A stretch of 64,000 bases of DNA from the IMG/VR virus record IMGVR_UViG_3300032213_001381, positions 4,938-68,937 of that record. One strand, written 5' to 3'. The stretch comes from a virus. Shown here piece by piece: positions 1 through 9,091 of this stretch; position 1 is the stretch's first letter; the number at the start of each line of letters is the position of its first letter. Below the pieces are notes generated by a model, which worked only from the letters and a program-made list of their open reading frames with translations, was not told the DNA's origin and searched no databases. The position numbers were made by a program, and so were the translations under genes.

Positions 1-2110
1 CATTGAATGTAGTTGAACCGGGAGTACTACTAATTTGTCCACCATATAATATACCTGTATACATGTTGGATTCTAACCAACGAAGACGAGTTGTATTTGT
101 ATATGGTCCTTGATATTGTGTGAAATATAAATCGTTTGTACTACCGCTAACATAAATGTAACTTGCGCTTAAATTGCTTGGAATTGATATCGCACCTACT
201 GGTAACAATTGAATATAAGCATTGCTTCCACTTACAACAACTGGTCCACTACTTGATATGTTGGTAAATGTTCCTGTTACACCCCAAAATCTACTTGCAC
301 TAACATAACCACTTGCACTGATATTGCTTGCGGTAAGATTTGTTATTGTGTAACTATTTGCGGGAGTCAAATAAGAAGCAGTTAATGCATTGGATACACT
401 GCCACTCAATGAACCTGTAAATGATATTGCAGTAACTGAACCGCTAATGTTTACACTACCAGTAAAATAATGATTGTCTGACAATCTATAACCGTGTCTG
501 CTGCTTCCACTTACATCCAATAAATAAGCAGGACTACTTGTACCTATACCTACATTTCCTGTACTCAATGCCCAAGTCATAATAGGCGTAGTTGGTGCCG
601 CAGTAAGAGTAGCAGCTGCACCCATCGCAATAGAATTAAATGATGCACCCAAATCATAAAAGTGTGCATAATTTGCACCATTTGAATTCAATGTTAATTG
701 ATTTGTTGCAGAAGCGCCAATATTATTTATATAGGTTTGACCAACAACATGTAATTTTGTATTTGGTCCTGTTGTACTAATACCGACATTCCCACTACTA
801 TCAATTCTTAATTGTTCTGAATATGATGTGCTGCCAGAAACTTTTCCTATTGCAAAATATTGAGTTGAAGATATGCCTTGTGCCCATATTAAATTTGCTT
901 CGCTTATACCGTTACTATAATTTCTTCCAATTGATACGCCCGTAGTAAACCCTGTTGGTAAATTGGCTCCAACATTACCATTAAACCATGACCAATTATT
1001 TCCGTTTGTAGCAGCATGAACTTGCAATAATGAACCAGGAACAGTTGTTCCTATACCAACTTTTCCGTCATATGTAAATGAAACCAAGTCATTTGTTGGA
1101 TTTGCCAATGTATTTCCACCTACGATTGTAAAAGTATTGGAATCTGTAAATTTAAATCCAAAATCATATGATGTAGCAGTATTGTTTTGAAATATTATTG
1201 GACGAGTACCATTTGCACCAACAAAATAAGAAGTACTTGATGCATCTGTATTTGTATAAAATCCGTTTGTAAAATTTGCATTTCCATTTACATCCAATTT
1301 ATAAGCAGGAAGTGTAGTACCAATACCAACTATACCAAAACTACCAGTTGCACTTGCACTAATGTTGCTTGCGGTAATATTTGTTAAAAATAACCCATCT
1401 GTAAAACTTACACTGCCTGTAAATTGATGGGTATTTGTTGAAGTGAATCCAAATCTGCTACTTCCACTTACATCCAATTTATAAACGGGTGAACTTGTTC
1501 CAATACCAACGCTACCACTAAAATAACCGTCACCATTCGAAGATACATAAAATGAATTTAAACCAGTAGAACCACTATAATATGCAGCAAATGCATAAGA
1601 TGTAGCTACTGATCCAGTTGGATTATCGGTGATTGATTTGAATGTGGCTCCACTGACACTATCTGAATAACCTGCACCTGCTTTACGACCTGTATACATT
1701 GTACCGCCAGTAGCAGTAGAAACTGTAATTTGTGTACCTGTACTGGCTCCTCTTCCAGTGACTGTTCCTAATGTTTCACTTGTTGCAACGCTAGACGTTA
1801 ACGCATAACTAGAACTTATTGAATTACTAGCCCAACTACTTGTTCCAAATAAACTAGCAGTAACTGTACTTGCACTAATATTGCTTGCGGTAAGATTTGT
1901 AATTATACTTCTACTTCCACTTACATAACTTGATGTACCAACTGTAATACTATTTAGTGATGCGCTATTAATTGTACCGTTACTATCAAAATAAACTATA
2001 GAACTGGTAGCAGCAGCAATTTTTGTTTCTAAAAATGCTGTACCTGATCCACTTACTTGACTAAGAATTAAATCACCAGCATTATAAACTATTCCAGTTC
2101 CTATAGGCAT
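1..2110 (-). CDS. Tail fibre / virion fibre protein, partial (runs off the window edge, >700 aa); missing from the ORF track
   Basis: ATG at 2108-2110 (MPIGTGIVYNAGDLILSQVSGSG...); the same frame is open at the left edge (...RLRWLESNMYTGILYGGQISSTPGSTTFN). Contains repeated G(N/K/S)VGIGT..P and N(L/I)TASNISAS motifs typical of phage fibres. Confidence 0.75.
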   Translation of the reverse strand, partial: MPIGTGIVYNAGDLILSQVSGSGTAFLETKIAAATSSIVYFDSNGTINSASLNSITVGTSSYVSGSRSIITNLTASNISASTVTASLFGTSSWASNSISSSYALTSSVATSETLGTVTGRGASTGTQITVSTATGGTMYTGRKAGAGYSDSVSGATFKSITDNPTGSVATSYAFAAYYSGSTGLNSFYVSSNGDGYFSGSVGIGTSSPVYKLDVSGSSRFGFTSTNTHQFTGSVSFTDGLFLTNITASNISASATGSFGIVGIGTTLPAYKLDVNGNANFTNGFYTNTDASSTSYFVGANGTRPIIFQNNTATSYDFGFKFTDSNTFTIVGGNTLANPTNDLVSFTYDGKVGIGTTVPGSLLQVHAATNGNNWSWFNGNVGANLPTGFTTGVSIGRNYSNGISEANLIWAQGISSTQYFAIGKVSGSTSYSEQLRIDSSGNVGISTTGPNTKLHVVGQTYINNIGASATNQLTLNSNGANYAHFYDLGASFNSIAMGAAATLTAAPTTPIMTWALSTGNVGIGTSSPAYLLDVSGSSRHGYRLSDNHYFTGSVNISGSVTAISFTGSLSGSVSNALTASYLTPANSYTITNLTASNISASGYVSASRFWGVTGTFTNISSSGPVVVSGSNAYIQLLPVGAISIPSNLSASYIYVSGSTNDLYFTQYQGPYTNTTRLRWLESNMYTGILYGGQISSTPGSTTFN

Positions 2111-2150
2111 ATTGTATAAATATTACTTTATTTATGTTTATATAAATATA

Positions 2151-2180
2151 ATAACCCAAGAGGTTTATTTCTTGGGTTAT
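2151..2180 (-). terminator. Hairpin, probable intrinsic terminator after the 708-aa fibre gene
   Basis: 11-bp perfect stem ATAACCCAAGA/TCTTGGGTTAT; the U-tract on the minus strand is weak. Confidence 0.55.
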
Positions 2181-2208
2181 CACTTTATTTACACTTTTAT
2201 TGATTGTT

Positions 2209-4335
2209 TTATGGTGCCCAATTTGAAATTGGAACTCTCTTCCAAATATTACCTGTATAAACATAGATAAAATTATTATCTACTGTTATTTGTCCTACAA
2301 AACCATTTGCGGTTGGTGTACCTGGCACTTGACCAGTACCAGGACTACTTCCTGTAGATACTTGAAGAATATTAAATGAACCAGTAACATAAGTTACCAA
2401 TGCACCAGTAATATAAGTTACTGTACCATAACTTGATGTAATTGATGATGCACTAATTACATTTCCTGTATATCTTAATGTAGTTCCGTCATCACTTACT
2501 AAAGAATCGGTAATACCATTACCTTCGTATGCTTTTGTTAATCTGTTAACAGTTAAATTTGGAATTGCACTACCAAATGAAGCAGTTGGACCTATAATAA
2601 TATTACTTGCACTATTATTTTGATCTACTGTAGTCCAATTATCATTCAAACCGTCCCATAATAATGATGCACTTCTTTGATTACTACCACTATCAAATAC
2701 TTCAAAACCAGCATATCGTTCATATGGGAAAAATGCATTTAATTGAATGATATTATCATTAATGATTACTGTACTTGAACTGATATATACTACACTAGAA
2801 CTGCCAAATACAGTAAAATCACCGTTAACCAACATAGATCCACTGACAAATAAATTTTTTCCAATTCCAACACCACCATCTACTACCAATGCACCATTTG
2901 TATATGTTAGTTGATCATTATTTGTTGTATTTAATACTCTCAAACTTCCGCTAGAAGTATTTACATCACTTAAAGAATCACCTAAAATACTATTACCGTT
3001 TACTCTTAAATCACCATTAATTGTCGCATTGCTAACAACATAAAGAGTACTTGAACTAATATTACCACTTGCACTAATATTTGAAGCGGTAATATTATTA
3101 ATAATTATATTTCCAAATGTAGCAGGTCCAGTAACTACTAATGTACTTGAACTGATATTGCCACTTGCACTAATATTGCTTGATGTAAGATTTGTAGCAA
3201 CTAAACTAGTAAAGTTAGCAGATGAACCAGTATATGCACTTGCACTAACATTACCTGCAACTTGTAATCTATTAAAACCATCGGTTGTATTTCTGCCTAA
3301 CAAAACATATCCATCAGAACCGGAAATGAACATAATTGAACTAGTATCATAATTCATTATGTTCAATATGTTTCTATTATATTGTTTAGATGCAGCAGTA
3401 CCAAAACTAGCACTATCCATTGGTAATATTGTCAACATTGCATCAGGACCTGTAATACCAGCATATCCTGGTAAACTAGATACATATGTCGTACTAGCTC
3501 CACCAACAGATCCATAACTGATAAAATTACCCACACCAAAATAACCACTTTGCTTAAATATAGCTCTAGTACCAGCAACTATATTTGATCCAGTTGATTG
3601 TGCAATCGTATCTGGATCGGTGGCAGAATAATAAGCATAAACTCTCAAATCTGTAGAACCAGATTCAGTTCCCAATTGCATTCTTGGTTCCAAAACAGTT
3701 TCTAGACCAGAACCAGGATTTCTATCTGCTAATCTGGAAAATAAAATTGAAGATTGTGCTCCTGGAGCACTAGCACTAGTTGCTAGATTTAATGTAGCAT
3801 ATTTTGATGTTATACTTACACTACCACTTACATACAATCTTGCTAAATTTTCAGGTGCAAATGCTTCACCATATGTTCTAAAAGCTGTACCAGTACCCAC
3901 AAACAATTCACTACTTGCAGTAATTTCTGAAGCAACAATTCTACTTGCACTAACTAAACCATTAAATGTTGATGTACCTACTACCGAAAAACTTCCACTC
4001 AATGATGTTGAGCCTGTAATTTGTGTAGTATCACTCACTGTATCACCCAATACGGTGTTTCCCAAAACTGTTAAAGTACCGCCATCAACAATACTATTTT
4101 CAACTCTTAAATTGCTCGCACTAATAAATCCGCTCGCACTAATGTTGCTTGCGGTAATATTATTTACATTTAAATCCGAACTACCAATTAGTGTTCCTGT
4201 AGTATCTGTTTGTAATACAAGTCTAGAACCGCTAATAATTCTTTCAACAAATGGTGCTTGTGTACTTAGACCGTCAATTGATGCAGATGTTTGAGGAATT
4301 ACTATATTTAATACATTTGAATTGGGGTATGGCAT
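2209..4335 (-). CDS. Ser/Gly/Thr-rich virion fibre or decoration protein
   Basis: 708 aa with TASNISASG repeats, a GALVVDGGVGIGKNL beta-repeat and a C-terminal P..P...G..G...D....Y.Y...W.R module. Confidence 0.65.
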   Translation of the reverse strand: MPYPNSNVLNIVIPQTSASIDGLSTQAPFVERIISGSRLVLQTDTTGTLIGSSDLNVNNITASNISASGFISASNLRVENSIVDGGTLTVLGNTVLGDTVSDTTQITGSTSLSGSFSVVGTSTFNGLVSASRIVASEITASSELFVGTGTAFRTYGEAFAPENLARLYVSGSVSITSKYATLNLATSASAPGAQSSILFSRLADRNPGSGLETVLEPRMQLGTESGSTDLRVYAYYSATDPDTIAQSTGSNIVAGTRAIFKQSGYFGVGNFISYGSVGGASTTYVSSLPGYAGITGPDAMLTILPMDSASFGTAASKQYNRNILNIMNYDTSSIMFISGSDGYVLLGRNTTDGFNRLQVAGNVSASAYTGSSANFTSLVATNLTSSNISASGNISSSTLVVTGPATFGNIIINNITASNISASGNISSSTLYVVSNATINGDLRVNGNSILGDSLSDVNTSSGSLRVLNTTNNDQLTYTNGALVVDGGVGIGKNLFVSGSMLVNGDFTVFGSSSVVYISSSTVIINDNIIQLNAFFPYERYAGFEVFDSGSNQRSASLLWDGLNDNWTTVDQNNSASNIIIGPTASFGSAIPNLTVNRLTKAYEGNGITDSLVSDDGTTLRYTGNVISASSITSSYGTVTYITGALVTYVTGSFNILQVSTGSSPGTGQVPGTPTANGFVGQITVDNNFIYVYTGNIWKRVPISNWAP

Positions 4336-4400
4336 ATGATTGTCTGTTTATCTAGTTATAAATATAAATATAAAATTAATTATATGTATATTTCGTATTA

Positions 4401-5576
4401 TTAAGCAATCCAATCTGCAATGGATTGTCTCAACCATCTTCCACCGGCATAAATGTAATGATAATCACCATCATATGCCATCCAACCAGGTTCACCATAA
4501 TCATTTGGTGTGTTTGGAACATCGTGCCAAATAGTTACTTCTTGTGAACCTGTAACCGTTAAATTTATCGTTTGTTGAATTAAAGCAGCATAACTTTGTC
4601 TGATCGTAGTAACTGCTTCACCTGCAGCAGTAGTAGATTTTTCCGTTGCAATTGTAGCTTTAGGAAATCTCCATTCACTATCATTTTCAACTAGAGGATT
4701 GATACTATAATATGGATTTCCTTTGTTACTATAAGTATTTTCCTTAACCTTCTTATTAACCGCATCCATTTGAGCACTGCTAACAATTTCTGCTGTTAAT
4801 TTTACTTGTTTTGGCGTCAATAATCTTTGAACAGTTTGTTTTCTATCTTCAAAAGATTCTGGCAACAAATAAGCATTGGTAGTTAAAGTAAATGTACTTC
4901 TCACCATTCTATCTTTTTCACCACTTGATTCAATCGTATTGGTGTAATTATCAATTTTAACTCTAAAGTTAAATCTTTGTTTATCGCCCCAATAATCTCC
5001 TTCTGCAAAGTTAATTTTTTCTAATATTGCATTATTTTGTTCAACATATTCAGTCCATACAATAAACTCATATTCTGCCTTGATATGATCAGGCATTGTT
5101 ACTGCAAATATTTGATTGGTAGGTGCAACAGTCTTATTTAATAAATTGAACTTATCGTATTTGTTCTTTTCATTGAACTTAGTCATTACTGGATAACTCA
5201 AATAACGATTAAATGTTTGATAACCTTCATCTTTCGCAAATGATGTTCTTTTAACCATTATCAATGGTATTTGTAATTTACCTTGTTGATCTCTTAATGC
5301 ACCTTGTGCTTTTGCTGCATACCATTTTTCAGGATTACCATATATAATTGGTACTTTTATATTTTCACCTGCGTCAATTACAGTAGGATTAATAACATTT
5401 TGTATATAACTAATCAATGCAGTATCAACATCCAATAAACTAACAGTAAAGTTTTTCTTTGGATCTTCATCTCTTCTGGTATCCAACGCAATATTTCTTA
5501 CATTAGATACAATAGGATTGTTCTTTTCAACATTGTTATTTGTTGGTACTGGATTGTTTTTATTACCTTCCCACAT
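4401..5576 (-). CDS. Tail terminator / sheath stabiliser (T4 gp15-like) with an extra C-terminal module
   Basis: IKVPIIYG.PEKW and LQIPLIMVKRT motifs; lies downstream of the neck genes. Confidence 0.6.
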   Translation of the reverse strand: MWEGNKNNPVPTNNNVEKNNPIVSNVRNIALDTRRDEDPKKNFTVSLLDVDTALISYIQNVINPTVIDAGENIKVPIIYGNPEKWYAAKAQGALRDQQGKLQIPLIMVKRTSFAKDEGYQTFNRYLSYPVMTKFNEKNKYDKFNLLNKTVAPTNQIFAVTMPDHIKAEYEFIVWTEYVEQNNAILEKINFAEGDYWGDKQRFNFRVKIDNYTNTIESSGEKDRMVRSTFTLTTNAYLLPESFEDRKQTVQRLLTPKQVKLTAEIVSSAQMDAVNKKVKENTYSNKGNPYYSINPLVENDSEWRFPKATIATEKSTTAAGEAVTTIRQSYAALIQQTINLTVTGSQEVTIWHDVPNTPNDYGEPGWMAYDGDYHYIYAGGRWLRQSIADWIA

Positions 5577-5578
5577 AA

Positions 5579-6052
5579 TTAATATTGACGGTTAACTAAA
5601 TTAATCTTGCTCAACTTAGTATAATGACTGTTACAGATTATACTATGCGATTTATTTGACTGACCACCTAAAAATTGTTCTTGTACAACATTATCAACTT
5701 CATGATAACGATCATTGAATAATATCAAATCGCCAACTTCAGGATAAAAACTTGCATCTTTTAATGCTAATTCTCTGAATTTAAATACAACAGTTTGATC
5801 TCTATCAGGTCCAAATCCTTCATCATCTGTAGTAATATCACCACGATCAATCAAACTACTCAATTCTACACCAGAGTAAAAACTTTTTCCTTCAGCTGCA
5901 ACTGCTTCACCATAAATGTTTGTATTGGTTTCATTTGGTGCAATCTTAAATAAAACAACAAGTGTTTCAATAATATCACGCATTAATTCGGCATTAAATT
6001 GATTTACCAAATTAATGTCTCGTTGACTAAAATATCTTCCAAATAATGCCAT
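5579..6052 (-). CDS. Neck / head-completion protein (gp14-like)
   Basis: NIYGE, YPEVGDLI and YHEVDNV motifs; sits between gp13-like and gp15-like genes. Confidence 0.55.
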   Translation of the reverse strand: MALFGRYFSQRDINLVNQFNAELMRDIIETLVVLFKIAPNETNTNIYGEAVAAEGKSFYSGVELSSLIDRGDITTDDEGFGPDRDQTVVFKFRELALKDASFYPEVGDLILFNDRYHEVDNVVQEQFLGGQSNKSHSIICNSHYTKLSKINLVNRQY

Positions 6053-6064
6053 ACTATTTTATTA

Positions 6065-7336
6065 TTAAATGAAATGTTGCAAATAAGACATGGGTTTATC
6101 ATGAAATATTAATATAAAACCAAATACTAAAACACCAATGTAAATTAATAATGGAACTGTTTTCATGATTGATGTCATCTTTTCAGTTTCATCTGCTTTG
6201 GCTTCCATTTGTGCTTTACGACTAGTTGCTTCAAGATTTTCTCTCAATTGAGTTATCAATGTTTCTTTTTCTGCAGAAGCTTCACTTCTCAATTCAGAAC
6301 CATCTAATGTTACTTCTCCACCAGGAATTGGAATCGTACTATATTTTTGTCTTATTAAACCAAGATTTTCTTTACACAATGCCAAGAAATATTTCTTAAC
6401 CCATTGTTTTCCAACCGCATTTAATTTGTAGTAAACTACATTTTGATACGGAACATTACTGTAATCACTAACTACATCATAATTACTTCCACTACTAAAT
6501 GTATTCGCATTACTAAATTTATCTTTCTCAACAACATATTCAACATAAATTTTGTGGTTATGTGTTGGAATAGGAAATATCTTTAATTTATTATTGACAA
6601 TTTCAAAACTATATGCACTTTTACGCACCATGTCATTAAATTCAATTGCTTGACCTCTCAATAAATCTTCAAAGATTGGTGTCATTAAAAATTGTGTAGC
6701 AGGACTATATCCAGCAAATCCCATTTCATTCAACACATTGCTATAACTCATACCAGTCATACTGAATGGATCATAAATACGAGCAAATGCAGGCGTAGGA
6801 CCGTGAAACACTCTTCTAATTTCAACTCTGCTACCACTTTCAATATCGTTTCCAATTAAATCTTGCAAATCATATGTTTGTTGACTTGCACTCAAATGTA
6901 TAGGAACTTTTTTGATATCAACATATCCGCCAATACCAACTTCACTACCATACCCTTTTGTTAATTGAATAATATATGGTAATCCTGTTCCAGTAACATT
7001 TTTAGCTGTGATATTAGGATTATCTGCGGTACTTAATCCTTGTAAATTTAATAAATTATTTCTAATATTAAATTGATTTACTTGAGCACCATATTCATTG
7101 ACGGCTTCTTCAAACGCAGCATAAAAATTTACATCAATCAATTCAATATCAATGATTGGATATCCCATTCTTTTCGCAGCCCATTCTGCACTCTTTTCAC
7201 AGTCATATTCAAAATAACCAACACTGCCACTTAAATATGATTCGTTTAAGTAAAATCCAAATGGTATACTGCCTGTTGTTACAGCACTACCACTTCCTGG
7301 CCATCTTACTCTATCTTGATCTAAATTAGCACTCAT
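6065..7336 (-). CDS. Neck protein (gp13-like head-tail adaptor)
   Basis: RMGYPIIDIEL near the N-terminus, WVKKYFLALCKE.LG.IR.KY..IPIPGGEVTLDG and VPLLIYIG near the C-terminus. Confidence 0.7.
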   Translation of the reverse strand: MSANLDQDRVRWPGSGSAVTTGSIPFGFYLNESYLSGSVGYFEYDCEKSAEWAAKRMGYPIIDIELIDVNFYAAFEEAVNEYGAQVNQFNIRNNLLNLQGLSTADNPNITAKNVTGTGLPYIIQLTKGYGSEVGIGGYVDIKKVPIHLSASQQTYDLQDLIGNDIESGSRVEIRRVFHGPTPAFARIYDPFSMTGMSYSNVLNEMGFAGYSPATQFLMTPIFEDLLRGQAIEFNDMVRKSAYSFEIVNNKLKIFPIPTHNHKIYVEYVVEKDKFSNANTFSSGSNYDVVSDYSNVPYQNVVYYKLNAVGKQWVKKYFLALCKENLGLIRQKYSTIPIPGGEVTLDGSELRSEASAEKETLITQLRENLEATSRKAQMEAKADETEKMTSIMKTVPLLIYIGVLVFGFILIFHDKPMSYLQHFI

Positions 7337-7350
7337 TGTTTATAAATATA

Positions 7351-7614
7351 TTATAATTTAGTTATTCTAACTTTTAAATCACCATTTCCTCTAATAATTC
7401 TATGCCAAACTTCTTTTGGTATAAAAAGTTTATCAGACATAGTTTTTGGCAATTCATTATCCATTTGTAATTGCCAATCCGTTGTACCAATTATTTCTAC
7501 AATTCTATCTTCTCTATCTCTGTGCCATTCCAAATCATCTATATCTACATTTTCTTCAAATTCTCTTAGATATAAATTGTCTTGTAAATGTGTTTCTTTA
7601 AATGGAAATTCCAT
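7351..7614 (-). CDS. Small cupin-like phage protein
   Basis: WHRDRE and FIPKEVWHRII His-containing cupin-like motifs; 87 aa. Confidence 0.5.
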   Translation of the reverse strand: MEFPFKETHLQDNLYLREFEENVDIDDLEWHRDREDRIVEIIGTTDWQLQMDNELPKTMSDKLFIPKEVWHRIIRGNGDLKVRITKL

Positions 7615-7617
7615 AGA

Positions 7618-8229
7618 TTACCAATATTTACCCTTACTCTTGGTACCTAAAGATTTGATTCTATGACTTCTGCAACTCCAATATCCGGCTGTAGTTCTAT
7701 CTTTCTTTTGACTACATCTGTGTCTAGCTCTGAAACTTTTTCTACGAGCTTTACTACTAGCTCTTATTCTCATTTTAGGATCACCAAATGTAACTTTCTT
7801 GATATTACCATTCTTACCTCTTACATATACTGCAAATTTCTTTGGTCCTCCTGGCGTTCTAAATGGTCTATTAAGATGTACAGTTCTGCCTCTGTGTTTG
7901 ACTTCATTAATGTATTCATCTTCATCCAATTCAATTGGCGCATCTAAATAAACTTCTATACCTTCATATATTGCTTTAATTCCTAAATCACTTTCTACAA
8001 TATCTACATCATCATCATTTAATTCAATTGCATCATCGTTGTATAAACTACGAACTTCATTTACTAGTTTAAAATATCCTTCACTATAAATTCTAAATAT
8101 ATTTTCTTCTAATGTAAGTTTTCTATCCAAATGATATTTTAATTGTTCGCTTATTTGAACATCTTTAACCAACTTCATTGGTTCACTTTTTTCTAAAATT
8201 TCATCCACTATATCAGTTAAATTTATCAT
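7618..8229 (-). CDS. Phage protein with an acidic leader and basic C-terminal domain (putative head-internal protein)
   Basis: MINLTDIVDE leader, YINE junction, then a basic domain PKKFAVYV...VTFGDP...SFRARHRC...YWSC. Confidence 0.55.
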   Translation of the reverse strand: MINLTDIVDEILEKSEPMKLVKDVQISEQLKYHLDRKLTLEENIFRIYSEGYFKLVNEVRSLYNDDAIELNDDDVDIVESDLGIKAIYEGIEVYLDAPIELDEDEYINEVKHRGRTVHLNRPFRTPGGPKKFAVYVRGKNGNIKKVTFGDPKMRIRASSKARRKSFRARHRCSQKKDRTTAGYWSCRSHRIKSLGTKSKGKYW

Positions 8230-8243
8230 ATAATATAAATATG

Positions 8244-8996
8244 CTATAATTTTATCTTTCGTTTGTGATATTTTATAGTAGTTCCACTCAAATTATATTT
8301 AATTGAAAGTTCTTTAATTGTATATTGATTGGATAATATGTCTTGATATAATTCATGTTTTATTTTTTTAATATTATTTTTTGAAACGGATATGTTTGTT
8401 TTTCTGTTTTCATTCATTGGACCTTGTTTTTTACCTGTTTTATTATTATCATAAGAGTAATTTATTTTTCTTGAAGATAAGTTATTTCTCCTCTCTTCAT
8501 ATTTTATAGTTCCAATTTCAATTCCATATTTTTCAACAAACCAATTTAAAGTAAATCTACCTAATGCTTTTTGTTTTTGAATTATAATACTATCATTATT
8601 ATGTTTTTTTCCAAACATAGGATTATTTTCTCCCGAATACATTTCAGATAATTGTTGTCTTATAGTTTCTTTATTTGGATTATGTGTAAAATTATCCCCT
8701 CCTGAAGAACTTAATGCAATATTATAACCAATATTGTTTCTATAAGGTTGAAATGTATCTAAATAATACTGTTCTCTTTCCAATAATATTTGTTCATCAT
8801 TTAATTCTTCAATTACTTCAAATTTAAAATTATCTTTGCCGTAAAAATTCCATGAATTTTGTAATTTTTTATTTATGTGAATATTTTTATTTAATTCATT
8901 TATATGTTCCCACCATCTTCTGTCTATATCTTTTGATGAACCGATGTAAAATTTTCCGTTTTTTAAATTTGTAATTTTGTAAATACCTATTTTCAT
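8244..8996 (-). mobile_element. Free-standing GIY-YIG homing endonuclease (Seg-like) with a NUMOD3-type motif
   Basis: GIYKITNLKNGKFYIGSS, EREQYYLD, YNI and GENNPMFGKKH; sits directly downstream of the major capsid gene. Confidence 0.9.
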
Positions 8997-9036
8997 ACCT
9001 TACCATAAATATCTTGAATTTTAATAAAAACGCAAT

Positions 9037-9066
9037 AAAAAACCCTCACATTTTACTGTGAGGGTT
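9037..9066 (-). terminator. Intrinsic terminator after the major capsid gene
   Basis: Stem AACCCTCACA/TGTGAGGGTT followed by a T-run on the minus strand. Confidence 0.85.
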
Positions 9067-9091
9067 ATTGATTAAACTATGTTAATATGAA

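Noticed and set aside
2082-2264. 60-aa minus-strand ORF in the track
   Set aside because: It spans a terminator hairpin and overlaps both flanking fibre genes out of frame; the real gene starts at 2110.
1-4335. Diversity-generating retroelement acting on the fibre genes
   Set aside because: No reverse transcriptase and no long repeat pair differing only at adenines were seen; the repeats are short coding motifs.
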